This document shows positions 26,165 to 37,579 of a stretch of 64,000 nucleotides of DNA, one piece after another. Source of the DNA: Scyliorhinus canicula. Its lineage: Eukaryota. The stretch covers positions 166,574,410 through 166,638,409 of the forward strand of contig NC_052147.1 of NCBI RefSeq assembly GCF_902713615.1, read 5' to 3'. The first letter of the stretch is position 1. Each line of letters begins with the position of its first letter. The notes under the pieces are model-generated. The model saw only the letters and a list, made by a program, of their open reading frames with translations, was not told where the DNA came from and searched no databases. The translations under genes and the position numbers were made by a program.

Positions 26165-27790
26165 TGCACACTTGAAATGTGGGAGTCTTGTAAGGAAAGA
26201 TTGATTAGAGTGCAGGACAGACATGTCCCTGTGAAAATGAGGGATAAAAATGGCAAGATTAGGGAACCATGGATGACGGGTGAAATTGTGAGACTAGCTA
26301 AGATGAAAAGGGAAGCATACATAAGAACGAGGCAACTCAAAACTGATGAAGCTTTGGAGGAATATCGGGAAAGTAGGACGAATCTCAAACGCGCAATAAA
26401 GAGGGCTAAAAGGGGTCATGAAATTTCTTTGGCTAACAGGGTTAAGGAAAATCCCAAAGCCTTTTATTCGTATATAAGGAGAAAGAGGGTAACTAGAGAA
26501 AGGATTGCCCACTCAAAGACAAAAGAGGGAATTTATGCGTGGAGTCAGAGGAAATGGGTGAGATTCTTAATGAGTACTTTGCATTAGTATTCACAAAGGA
26601 GAGGGACAGGACGGATGTTGAGGCTAGGGATGGATGTTTAAAAACTCTAGGTCAAGATGTCATACAGAAGGGGGAAGTTTTGGGTATTCTAAAACACATT
26701 AAGGTGGACAAGTCCCCAGGACCGGATGGGATCTATCCCAAGTTACTGAGGGAAGCGAGGGTCGAAATAGCTGAGGACTTAACAGATATCTTTGCAGCAT
26801 CCTTGAGCACGGGTGAGGTCCTGGAGGACTGGAGAATTGCTAATGTTGTCCCTTTGTTTAAGAAGGGTAGCAGGGATAATCCAGGGAATTATAGACCTGT
26901 GAGCTTGACGTCAGTGGTAGGCAAACTGTTGAAGAAGATACTGAGGGATAGGATCTATTCACACCTGGAAGAAAATAGACTTATCAGTGATAGGCAGCAT
27001 GGTTTTGTGCAGGGAAGGTCATGTCTTACAAACCTAATAGAATTCTTTGAGGAAATGACAAAGTTAATTGATGAGAGATGGGCTGTAGATGTTATATACA
27101 TGGACTTTAGTAAGGCATTTGATAAAGTTTCCCATGGCAGGTTGATGGAAAAAGTGAAGTCATATGGGGTTCAGGGTGTACTAGCTAGATGGATAAAGAA
27201 CTGGCTGGCAACAGGAGACAGAGTAGTGGTGGAAGGGAGTGTCTCAAAATGGAGAAGGGTGACTAGTGGTGTTCCACAGGGATCCGCGTTCGGACCACTG
27301 TTGTTTGTGATATACATAAATGACCTTGAGGAAGGTATAGGTGGTCTGGTTAGCAAGTTTGCAGATGATACTAAGATTGGTGGAGTTGCAGATAGCGAGG
27401 AGGACTGTCAGAGAATACAGCAAAATATAGATAGATTGGAGAGTTGGGCAGAGAAATGGCAGATGGAGTTCAATCCAGGCAAATGCGAGGTGATGCATTT
27501 TGGAAGATCTAACTCAAGAGCAGACTATATGGTCAATGGAAGAGTCCTGGGGAAAATTGATGTACAGAGAGATCTGGGAGTTCAGGTCCATTGTACCCTG
27601 AAGGTGGCTGTGCAGGTCGATAGAGTGGTCAAGAAGGCATACAGCATGCTTGCCTTCATCGGACGGGGTATTGAGTACAAGAGTCGGCAGGTCATGTTAC
27701 AGTTGTATAGGACTTTGCTTAGGCCACATTTGGAATACTGCGTGCAGTTCTGGTCGCCACATTACCAGAAGGATGTGGATGCTTTGGAGA

Positions 27791-30700
27791 GAACATAAGA
27801 ACATAAGAACATAAGAACTAGGAGCAGGAGTAGGCCATCTGGCCCCTCGAGCCTGCTCCGCCATTCAATTAGATCATGGCTGATCTTTTGTGGACTCAGC
27901 TCCACTTTCCGGCCCGAACACCATAACCCTTAATCCCTTTATTCTTCAAAAAACTATCTATCTTTACCTTAAAAACATGTAATGAAGGAACCTCAACTGC
28001 TTCACTGGGCAAGGAATTCCATAGATTCACAACCCTTTGGGTGAAGAAGTTCCTCCTAAACTCAGTTCTAAATCTACTTCCCCTTATTTTGAGGCTATGC
28101 CCCCTAGTTCTGCTGTCACCCGCCAGTGGAAACAACCTGCCCGCATCTATCCTATCTATTCCCTTCATAATTTTAAATGTTTCCACAAGATCCCCCCTCA
28201 TCCTTCTAAATTCCAACGAGTACAGTCCCAGTCTACTCAACCTATCCTCATAATCCAACCCCTTCAGCTCTGGGATTAACCTAGTGAATCTCCTCTGCAC
28301 ACCCTCCAGTGCCAGTACGTCCTTTCTCAAGTAAGGAGACCAAAACTGAACACAATACTCCAGGTGTGGCCGCACTAACACCTTATACAGTTGCAACATA
28401 ACCTCCCTAGTCTTAAACTCCATCCCCCTAGCAATGAAGGACAAAATTCCATTTGCCTTCTTAATCACCTGTTGCACTTGTAAACCAACCTTCTGTGACT
28501 CAAGCACACCCAAGTCTCTCTGAACAGTGGCATGCTTTAATATTTTATCGTTTAAATAATAATCCCGTTTGCTGTTATTCCTACCAAAATGGATAACCTC
28601 ACATTTGTCAACATTGTATTCCATCTGCCAGACCCGAGCCCATTCACTTAACCTATCCAAATCCCTCCGCAGACTTCCAGTATCCTCTGCACTTTTCGCT
28701 TTACCACTCATCTTAGTGTCATCTGCAAACTTGGACACATTGCCCTTGGTCCCAAACTCCAAATCATCAATGTAAATTGTGAACAATTGTGGGCCCAACA
28801 CGGATCCCTGAGGGACACCACTAGCTACTGATTGCCAACCAGAGAAACACCCATTTATCCCAACTCTTTGCTTTCTATTAATTAACCAATCCTCTATCCA
28901 TGCTACTACTTTACCCTTAATGCCATGCATCTTTATCTTATGCAGCAACCTTTTGTGTGGCACCTTGTCAAAGGCTTTCTGGAAATCCAGATATACCACA
29001 TCCATCGGCTCCCCGTTATCTACTGCACTGGTAATATCCTCAAAAAATTCCACTAAATTAGTTAGGCATGACCTGCCTTTAACGAACCCATGCTGCGTCT
29101 GCCCAATGGGACAATTTCTATCCAGATGCCTCGCAATTTCTTCCTTGATGATAGATTCCAGCATCTTCCCTATTACCGAAGTTAAGCTCACTGGCCTATA
29201 ATTTCCTGCTTTCTGCCTACCTCCTTTTTTAAACAGTGGCGTCACGTTTGCTAATTTCCAATCCACCGGGACCACCCCAGAGTCTAGTGAATTTCGGTAA
29301 ATTATCACTAGTGCATCTGCAATTTCCCTAGCCATCTCTTTTAGCACTCTGGGATGCATTCCATCAGGGCCAGGAGACTTGTCTACCTTTAGCCCCATTA
29401 GCTTGCCCATCACTCCCTTCTTAGTGATAACAATCCTCTCAAGGTCCTCACCTGTCATAGCCTCATTTCTATCAGTCGCTGGCATGTTATTTGTGTCTTC
29501 CACTGTGAAGACCGACCCAAAAAACCTGTTCAGTTCCTCAGCCATTTCCTCATTTCCCATTATTAAAACTCCCTTCTCATCCTCTAAAGGACCAATATTT
29601 ACCTTAGCCACTCTTTTTTGTCTTATATATTTGTAAAAACTTTTACTGTCTGTTTTTATATTCTGAGCAAGTTTACTCTCATACTCTATCTTACTCTTCT
29701 TTATAGCTTTTTTAGTAGCTTTCTGTTGCCCCCTAAAGATTTCCCAGTCCTCTAATCTCCCAGCAATCTTTGCCACTTTATATGCTTTTTCCTTCAACTT
29801 GATACTCTCCCTTATTTCCTTAGATATCCACGGTCGATTTTCCCTCTTTCTTCCGTCCTTTCTTTTTGTTGGTATAAACCTTTGCTGAGCACTGTGAAAA
29901 ATCGCTTGGAAGGTTCTCCACTGTTCCTCAACTGTTTCACCATAAAGTCTTAGCTCCCAGTCTACCTTAGCTAGTTCTTCTCTCATCCCCTTGTAATCTC
30001 CTTTGTTTAAACACAAAACACTAGTATTTGATTTTACTTTCTCACCCTCCATCTGTATTTTAAATTCCACCATATTGTGATCGCTCCTTCCGAGAGGATC
30101 CCTAACTATGAGATCATGAATCAATCCTGTCTCATTACACAGGACAAGATCTAGGACCGCTTGTTCCCTCGTAGGTTCCATTACATACTGTTCTAGGAAA
30201 CTATCGCGGATAGATTCTATAAACTCCTCCTCACGGTTGCCTTGACCGACCTGGTTAAACCAATCGACATGTAGATTAAAATCCCCCATGATAACTGCTG
30301 TACCATTTCTACATGCATCAGTTATTTCTTTGTTTATTGCCTGCCCCACCATATCGTTACTATTTGGTGGCCGATAGACTACTCCTATCAGTGACTTTTT
30401 CGCCTTACTATTCCTGATTTCCACCCAAATGGATTCAACCTTATCCTCCATAGCACCGATGTCATCCCTTACTATTGCCCGGATGTCATCCTTAAATAAC
30501 AGAGCAACACCACCTCCCTTACCATCCACTCTGTCCTTCCGAATAGTTTGATACCCTCGGATATTTAACTCCCAGTCGTGACCATCCTTTAACCATGTTT
30601 CAGTAATGGCCACTAAATCATAGTCATTTACGATGATTTGTGCCACCAACTCATTTACTTTATTCCGAATACTACGAGCATTCAGGTAAAGTACACTTAT

Positions 30701-30964
30701 GTTGGTTTTTTTACCTCTGTTTTGAATCTTAACATCTCCAGTTTTATTCCTTTTGTTATTACTGGGCCTATTCACTGTGCTCCCCTCAGTCACTGTACCT
30801 TGTACTGTCGCCCTTATGGATTTCTGACTATGTCTTCTCTGCCTTGCACTTTTCCCCTTACTTCCTTTTGTTTCTGTCCCTGTTTTACTACCTTCCAACT
30901 TCCAGCATTGGTTCCCATCCCCCTGCCACATTAGTTTAAACCCTCCCCAACAGCTCTAGAAAAC
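27791..30964 (-). mobile_element. CR1 with complete ORF2, nested
   Basis: (TTCTTATG)n tail at 27791-27818; truncated just upstream of ORF2. Confidence 0.92.
27896..30931 (-). CDS. CR1 ORF2p (APE endonuclease plus reverse transcriptase), open 1011 aa
   Basis: LYLNARS, ITETWL, MGDFN, SDHN; DKSPGPDG, GVPQGSVLGP, SKFADD; no internal stop. Confidence 0.9.
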   Translation of the reverse strand: MWQGDGNQCWKLEGSKTGTETKGSKGKSARQRRHSQKSIRATVQGTVTEGSTVNRPSNNKRNKTGDVKIQNRGKKTNISVLYLNARSIRNKVNELVAQIIVNDYDLVAITETWLKDGHDWELNIRGYQTIRKDRVDGKGGGVALLFKDDIRAIVRDDIGAMEDKVESIWVEIRNSKAKKSLIGVVYRPPNSNDMVGQAINKEITDACRNGTAVIMGDFNLHVDWFNQVGQGNREEEFIESIRDSFLEQYVMEPTREQAVLDLVLCNETGLIHDLIVRDPLGRSDHNMVEFKIQMEGEKVKSNTSVLCLNKGDYKGMREELAKVDWELRLYGETVEEQWRTFQAIFHSAQQRFIPTKRKDGRKRENRPWISKEIRESIKLKEKAYKVAKIAGRLEDWEIFRGQQKATKKAIKKSKIEYESKLAQNIKTDSKSFYKYIRQKRVAKVNIGPLEDEKGVLIMGNEEMAEELNRFFGSVFTVEDTNNMPATDRNEAMTGEDLERIVITKKGVMGKLMGLKVDKSPGPDGMHPRVLKEMAREIADALVIIYRNSLDSGVVPVDWKLANVTPLFKKGGRQKAGNYRPVSLTSVIGKMLESIIKEEIARHLDRNCPIGQTQHGFVKGRSCLTNLVEFFEDITSAVDNGEPMDVVYLDFQKAFDKVPHKRLLHKIKMHGIKGKVVAWIEDWLINRKQRVGINGCFSGWQSVASGVPQGSVLGPQLFTIYIDDLEFGTKGNVSKFADDTKMSGKAKSAEDTGSLRRDLDRLSEWARVWQMEYNVDKCEVIHFGRNNSKRDYYLNDKILKHATVQRDLGVLESQKVGLQVQQVIKKANGILSFIARGMEFKTREVMLQLYKVLVRPHLEYCVQFWSPYLRKDVLALEGVQRRFTRLIPELKGLDYEDRLSRLGLYSLEFRRMRGDLVETFKIMKGIDRIDAGRLFPLAGDSRTRGHSLKIRGSRFRTEFRRNFFTQRVVNLWNSLPSEAVEVPSLHVFKVKIDSFLKNKGIKGYGVRAGKWS

Positions 30965-31469
30965 AGAAAGTAGAAGAGTTTCACCAGGATGTTGCCTGGT
31001 ATGGAGGGTGCTAGCTATGAAGAAAGGTTGCGTAGATTAGGATTGTTTTCATTGGAAAGACGGAGGTTGAGGGGAGACCTGATTGAGGTCTACAAAATTA
31101 TGAGAGGTATGGACAGGGTGGATAGCAACAAACGTTTTCCAAGAGTGGAGGTGTCAATTACAAGGGGTCACGATTTCAAGGTGAGAGGGGAAAAGTTTAA
31201 GGGAGATGTGCGTGGAAAGTTTTTTACGCAGAGGGTGGTGGGTGCCTGGAATGCTTTGCCAGCGGAGGTGGTAGCGGCGGGTGCGATAGCATCATTTAAG
31301 ACGCATCTGGACAGATATATGAACGGGTGGGGAACAGAGAGAAGTAGAACTTGGAAAATAGGCGCCAGGTTTAGATAAAGGATCTGGATCGGCGCAGGCT
31401 GGGAGGGCCGAAGGGCCTGTTCCTGTGCTGTAATTTTCTTTGTTCTTTGTTTCTTTGTTCTTTGTTCTT

Positions 31470-32935
31470 GATTTCTATGCCTACATCATCCTTCTCCATC
31501 ATAAACAAAAATGCAAAGTACTAATTTAAAACCTCACCTATGTCTTCCAGTTAAATACACAAATTGCCACATTGGTCCTGAATGGGCCCTACGTTTACCC
31601 CGGTCAACCTCCTGCCCTCAATATACATATAAAACATCTTTGGATTTTCCTTTATTTACCTGTCAATGCTTTATCATGCCCCCTCTCCGCTCTCCTAATT
31701 TATTTTTGAAGTAACCCTCTTCATATCCTACATAACGCCAGATCTTCTGCACTGTAGCACAAGTGGTTAGCACTGTGGCTTCACAGCGCCAGGGGTCCAG
31801 GTTTGATTTCCTGCTGGGTCACTGTCTGTGTGAAGTCTGCACGTTCTCCCCCTGTCTGCGTGGGTTTCCTCCGGGTGCTCCGGTTTCCTCCCACAGTCCA
31901 AAGACGTGCAGGTTAGGTGGATTGGCCTTGATAAATTGCCCTTAGTGTCCAAAAGGTTCGGAGGGGTTATTGGGTTACGGGGATTGGGTGGAAATGGGGG
32001 CTTGGGTGGGTTTGTGCAGACTCGATGGGCCGAGTGGTCTCCTTCTGCACTGTATGTTCTATGTTCTGCTGTTTTGAGCCCTTGGTATCTGTCATAACCC
32101 TCCTTTTTTTCCCATATCCAACCTTAGATATCCCTTGACATCCAGGGTTCTCTGGATTATTGCTCCCACCCTTCACTATCATGGGAACATGTTGGCCCTG
32201 CATGCTCTCTATTTCTTTTTGAATGAATCTCACACTTCTGGCAATGATTTTCTTACAAGTAGTTGCTCCCAGTTAACTTTGGACAGATTGTCTTACTTCA
32301 TTAAAATTAGTCCTCTCCAATTAAGAACCTCAATTTCCAGTCTATTTTTGTCCCTTTCCATAACTACCTTAAATTCTACTAAGTTATGGTCACTGTACCC
32401 AAAATGCTCTCCAACTGAAACTTTGCTGGCTTCATTCTCTAAAACTAGATCCAACACCACCACTACCTTGTAGGACTTTCTTCACATTGGCAAAAAAATA
32501 CTCTCTGCATTTAAAGAGTTCCATCCCCTTTAAGCCCTTCACACTTTGACTATCCCAGTTAATATTGGGGAAGTTGAAATCGCCCACTATTATGACCTGA
32601 TTTCTCTTACAATTCTCAGAGTTTTGCCGACAGAGTTGCCCTTCTATCTCTCCCTGACTATTTTGGGCCTATAGTACACTCCCAGCAATGTGATTGTCCC
32701 CTTTTTATCACTAAGTTCGACCCATGTCACTTCATTTGAAGAACCAACCAAGATATTACCCTGAGTACTGCTGTGATGTTCACCCTAATCAATGATGCAA
32801 TTCCTCCTCCTCTGTTACCTCCTCTGCTATCACACCTGCAACTTCCATACCCTGCGACGTTCAGCTGTCAGACCTGCCCTTCTTTCAACCAATAATGTCA
32901 TAATTCCATTTGCTGATCAACACTTTGAGGTCATC
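31470..32935 (-). mobile_element. Old CR1 ORF2 fragment interrupted by an HE1 SINE (~31750-32067, +)
   Basis: Degenerate VIIVGDFNFPNINW and DHN segments; SINE with core and TTCTATG tail. Confidence 0.7.
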
Positions 32936-33717
32936 AGTCTTACTGTCAGCCTGTCTGCTCAGTGCTCATTCACACCCATCGTTTGCGTGTGGTGTGCCTG
33001 TGGTGGTGGGGAGGGGGGAGGGGGAGTGGAAGAAGCATCCAGGACCTCCATGCACGGGGAGTAGGAGATTTGTGCTTGCCCTGCATTGCAGAAGAAATTG
33101 CCAGAGGCGTCATATTTCACGAGTCCAACTTTTTTTTAAAGACTAAACATGTGTGTCCCCAACTTCCCCAATTGTGCCATCTCACCTTCCACACCCCTCG
33201 CAAAACCTCACCCCCTCATTGCACCCTCCCCCCTCTCATTGCACCCTCCCCACCTTACCCTCAACCCCCATGCCCCCTCAGTGATCCTTGACCTGCTTCG
33301 CCTTTCATGCTCCACCATTGCGCCTAGGTGTGTCCCCAGGATGCACATCAGAGGTGGAGGCAGCCTACTATCTACCACATCCCACGGCCTTTGGTTCCCC
33401 TGGTGGGCAACTTCTGGAGGCCCTGTGGCCAGAGAGCCTCGGCCCACTTTCTGGTGACACTGCCCCGCCATGCCCCCGGTTCGAGATGCTGACTCCGAGA
33501 TGTGCTGTTGTCAGGGGGGGTGGAATGGGAGAGCTGCCATCGCCACTCTGTAGGATGGTTCCGGTTTGGTACTCAGGGTCCTCTCTTCCTGGTCAGTGCC
33601 TATAGGGCCCTGGGGTTCACCTCGGGATGGAGGGGCAGCTGGATGGAGCATTGACTGCCCCTCCGTCACCAGGCTCTGCCAGCTCTGGTGGCTCCCCAGT
33701 GTCTGCAACATGGTGTC

Positions 33718-34583
33718 TGTAAGAGATCTACCATGCGGAATTAGTGAGAAACTTGCAAGACTAAAACTCAGTAGAAATTTGAATTAAAACTTCTCGGATG
33801 CAAATAAGAATTGTTTCTTTCCTGTATTAGATTACAATTGAGAGTCACTTAAATCCTATTCTCTAATAAGTCCGGCTAGCAAAAAGGACTGAAAGAGAAG
33901 CAACTTGTACACAATTTAACTTTTAAAATAATGCGTAAATTGCATTTACTTCAAGAGTTAGAGTGGAAAAGTGATAAATAGAGATAGCGAATAGTTTAGA
34001 TCAAAGTATAGAATGATCCGGATAAAAATGGCCGTAGGGTCCTTCATGGTTATAGGAAATCATATCAGTCTTTAGCCATCTATCTACACCTCCAAGTCAC
34101 CCTAATTGATTTGGGTTACAATCAAATGAGTTTGATTTGACGGTTAGCTGTTAATCTTTAATGTGCAACATTAGCTTTAAATGTTTCATGTCTGAATACT
34201 TGTGCATGTTACGGAATGCAATTCTATGCTGTTATCACGATCAGTTTAAACTGGACTTCTGCTGACTTAGCTGTTAGACACATTGTAGACAATAGCGCCT
34301 TAATGTTGCTATGGTGCCTGCCCTGTCCTTGGATTGATATCTGGTTCAGCTTGTGTTTTAATGTCACAATGTCTTGCAAATGTATTTGCTAGAACAATGG
34401 AGCTCAGTAAAAGTGAATTGTGCTGCGCATGCTGTTTTGTGTCTCTACTGAAGCTATATGTTTTGAGATGACCTGAAGTTATGAATGAATTTAAAATGGG
34501 GATTTAAAACTGGGGCTTAATATTTTACGCTGAATAGCCATCTTTTACCTATCAGTTGTTTTAGAAAATAGTTGGTTTCTACA
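33718..34583. mobile_element. Solo LTR (866 bp), 5-bp TSD GTGTC
   Basis: TGTAAG...CTACA termini; GTGTC at 33713-33717 and 34584-34588. Confidence 0.8.
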
Positions 34584-34871
34584 GTGTCGAAACCTTTGGT
34601 GATGCTCCTCAGTGACTGGGACATAGGCTCTGGAGTGCCCAGGCAATGCCCGCCTGGGACTGTCGAGGCACTCAGCCATGGCTGCCACTGACTGAGCCAT
34701 GCTTTGGACATCTCCATTCAGGTTGCCGACATTGTGCACCAGGCTCTCCACTGCAGTCGCAGTGTTAGCCTCTGTGCCATGCATTTCCAGTGCTATCTCC
34801 TGTACCCATAGCACCTGGAATTCCTCCAATCAGCTATGGACCTGCTGGAGTGTCGCCGACATCCCTCTGTG

Positions 34872-35150
34872 AATAATAATAATAATCGTTATTATTGTCA
34901 CAAGTAGGCTTACATTAACACTGAAATGAAGTTACTGTGAAAATCCCCTAGTCGCCACACTACAGCACCTGTTCAGGTTAACAAGCCCACCATTCAGGAT
35001 TTACGCAAGAAACTGGAGCACCCGGAGGAAATCCACGCAGACACGGGGAGAACATACAGTCTCCGCACAGACAGTGACCCAAGCCGGGATTCGAATCCGG
35101 GTCACTGGAGCTGTGAAGCTACAGTGCTAACCACTGTGCTATTGTGCCAC
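34872..35150 (-). mobile_element. HE1-like SINE head with a third, (ATT)n-ending tail
   Basis: Head GTGGCACAATAGCACAGTGGTTAGCA; tail CACAGTAACTTCATTTCAGTGTTAATGTAAGCCTACTTGTGACAATAATAA shared with 46430-46625 and 50703-50880. Confidence 0.8.
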
Positions 35151-37303
35151 ATCTAGCATATGCATCAGCTCTGGGTAAACCTAGTCCTGAGGCTCAGCAA
35201 CTGTCTGGGACCCAGCAGACCTCCGACTGCTATCTCGCCTGGGTGTTCCTGCTTCCACCTGATGTGCATCGGCAGCTGTGTGGCGCTCATCAGAATGTGC
35301 CCCAAAAGCCTGACCACTACTGTCGCCCACCGAGGTGTGTGTCTCTGTGCTGGTGGAGGGTGGGATGACAGCTGTGCCGTGAATATGGTGGGCTCCTCAG
35401 AGCTCCCCTTCAAGGGGTTCTGATGGGAAGCAGGGCAGGGATCCACCCTGGATAGGACGGCACCATCGGATGAGGATCCTCCGGGAGAATGGAAAAGTGG
35501 TCAGTGGGAGGATGGGTCATTCTGTGTGGCATTAACAACTCACATGTGACAGGTCAGTAGGGTGGGGGCTGGTGGATACTCACCTCTACACCTTACACCA
35601 AACTCTACATTGGTGATTATTCTGCTCTGTTCTGGACCAACCTGTGAACTCCAGAGTCTGGTACCCTATTGCCCGCCTGGGCCCTCTTTCATCTGCTGTG
35701 TGCCAATGTCTCCTGCGGGGGCACAGAGGGCTGAATGCTTCATTCAACATGGGGACAGAGGTGGGGGGAGGAGGTAGTGAGAATGGGGGTTGATGGAAGC
35801 CTAGGGTGATAGAGAATATGGGGCGGAGGGAGTATGGGATAAGAGGAATATGGGGGCTGGGGAATTTGAGTTGTGGAGTGCATGTAGGGTGGGGAGCTTG
35901 GGGAGTATGTGGAGTGGGGAATTTGGGGGTTGGGGAGTATGGGGGGGATGGAGAGTTTTTGGGGAAATGGGGAGTTTGTGACGGGCCAGTGTGGGCGGCA
36001 CTGCCGGACATGGATGGACCGGGGCACGGAATGATGCAAGGTGACGGCTATGCTAGGCGCATGCTCGGGGATGTCGGGGGGGGGGGGGTCGTGGGCAGGG
36101 CCAGTACCATGGGGCCGGGGTCAACCCAAAGGGCTCGGTGGAGGTCGTTGACATTCTTACGGCACTGGGTGGCGCTTCCCCAGGTGACGGCGCTGGCACC
36201 TCCTCCCAGGCGACACTGGCTGCCCTGCTGCTGACCCTCTGAGCCCCTCGGGAGAACAGGGCATCCTGCCTGGTCACGACTGGATCCAACACTCTGGCCA
36301 GGTCGCCATTCTCGAATCGTGGGGCTGGTCTCCTCAGCGGCACGGCTACGGGCTGTGTGGGATTTGCTCTTCAGGAGGGGTTTACGTGCTGCTCTCCCTT
36401 GTCAGCAGGGGGCTGGCGAGTACGGTGCCAGCAGATCAGCCAGTGGGACAGTCATTTGCAGTATGAAACATGTGGGGCCTCGTTAAGTGGACTAATTAAC
36501 AGTTTTTAGCGGTGACAGCCACACCGGGCCAAGAGTCGGGAGAGTCGGGAAACTCGCTGCAGCTCCTGCTCATTCCCACACTTCGAATCTTTTCCATCAA
36601 TTCGCGCCCAATGGTTGAATGAATTTCTTCAATCCAATCATCCCATTATCTACTTACACAATGCACAGGGTTGACAAGCAGCACGGATCGCGCCGGAAAA
36701 CATGGCGCCGGCCATGCTGGAACCCTAACCCGCCCACCCCAACCCCACAGCTCACCCCCTGGCCTCCCCCCTACCCCTCCCCCAACCTGAAGAGAAGTTG
36801 CCTGGCCAGCGGCATGGATCCCGGAGAAGCGTGGTGGCATTGGACGCTGTGTGCAGCCAGCACGCCAGATTCCCAACCACTGGGATCACACGTGGCCCGC
36901 GCCATAGGGAGCTCGGCCCATTGGGGTGGAGTATCATGGGTCAAGCCGGCTGATGTCGTGCCAACTGCGTGCAGCGTGCATCATGCTCATGCCGATTTGG
37001 AGTGGTCGGAGCATCACAAACTGGTCGGAGCATCACAAACTGGTGTCAAATTGGCACTTACACCGAATCCGGTGTCGGAAGCCATTCTCTGCCTGATCAT
37101 TGTTCCCGATTTCAGCGTCGGGCTATGGAGAATCCCGCCCCCTCTTCCTGTTATTAAATTTACTCAGCTTTACTCCAATTGACAATAAAATGATCATTAT
37201 CTTTTGCATCTATTCTTATCTATCCCATCTAACCAACCAGCAATATTTTACATAATTTTTCAAATGCATAATTACTACAAATATGCTTTTCCCTCTATCA
37301 CAG

Positions 37304-37579
37304 TACCGAGGCGGAAACTACAGAATGAGGATTTACGAGAGGCCTGACTTTGGTGGACAAATGATGGAATTCATGGATGACTGTCCATCCGTCTATGATC
37401 GTTTCCGTTACCGTGACATCCACTCCTGCCATGTGATGGACGGTTACTGGACCTTCTATGAACATCCCAACTACAGAGGCCGACAGTACTTCATGAGACC
37501 CGGTGAATACAAGAGATACAATGACTGGGGCGGCTTCAACTCAACTATCGGATCTTTCAGGCGCATGAGAGATTTCTAA
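37304..37579 (+). pseudogene. Gamma-crystallin G2: orphan exon 3 (open frame); exons 1-2 not found in the window
   Basis: TATCACAG acceptor, [16 protein letters not shown]...FRRMRDF*, AATAAA at ~37629; 11/276 nt differences from G3 exon 3; no [11 protein letters not shown] exon seen upstream on +. Confidence 0.75.

Larger units (their letters stand above)
21001..31469 (+). mobile_element. Near full-length host CR1 LINE carrying three nested younger CR1 insertions
   Basis: 5'UTR; ORF1 21291-22238; ORF2 pieces 22238-22417, 23562-24110, 26165-27790, 30965-31378 are collinear; (TTCTTTG)n tail at 31435-31469. Confidence 0.9.
33140..37140 (-). mobile_element. Decayed PIF/Harbinger-type element (Myb/SANT ORF), with nested LTR and SINE
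   Basis: ORF 36053-36343 RRPAPRFENGDLARVLD.V..RQDALF...AWEEV; terminal GGAGAATCCCGCCC at 37127-37140 shared with window MITEs; other TIR not found. Confidence 0.6.

Noticed and set aside
35760-36000. G-rich tract with overlapping Gly/Pro-rich ORFs and G-quadruplex potential
   Set aside because: Low-complexity interior of a Harbinger relic; no evidence of function.
37003-37044. 19-bp direct tandem duplication TGGTCGGAGCATCACAAAC
   Set aside because: Local slippage or repair duplication inside a TE relic.
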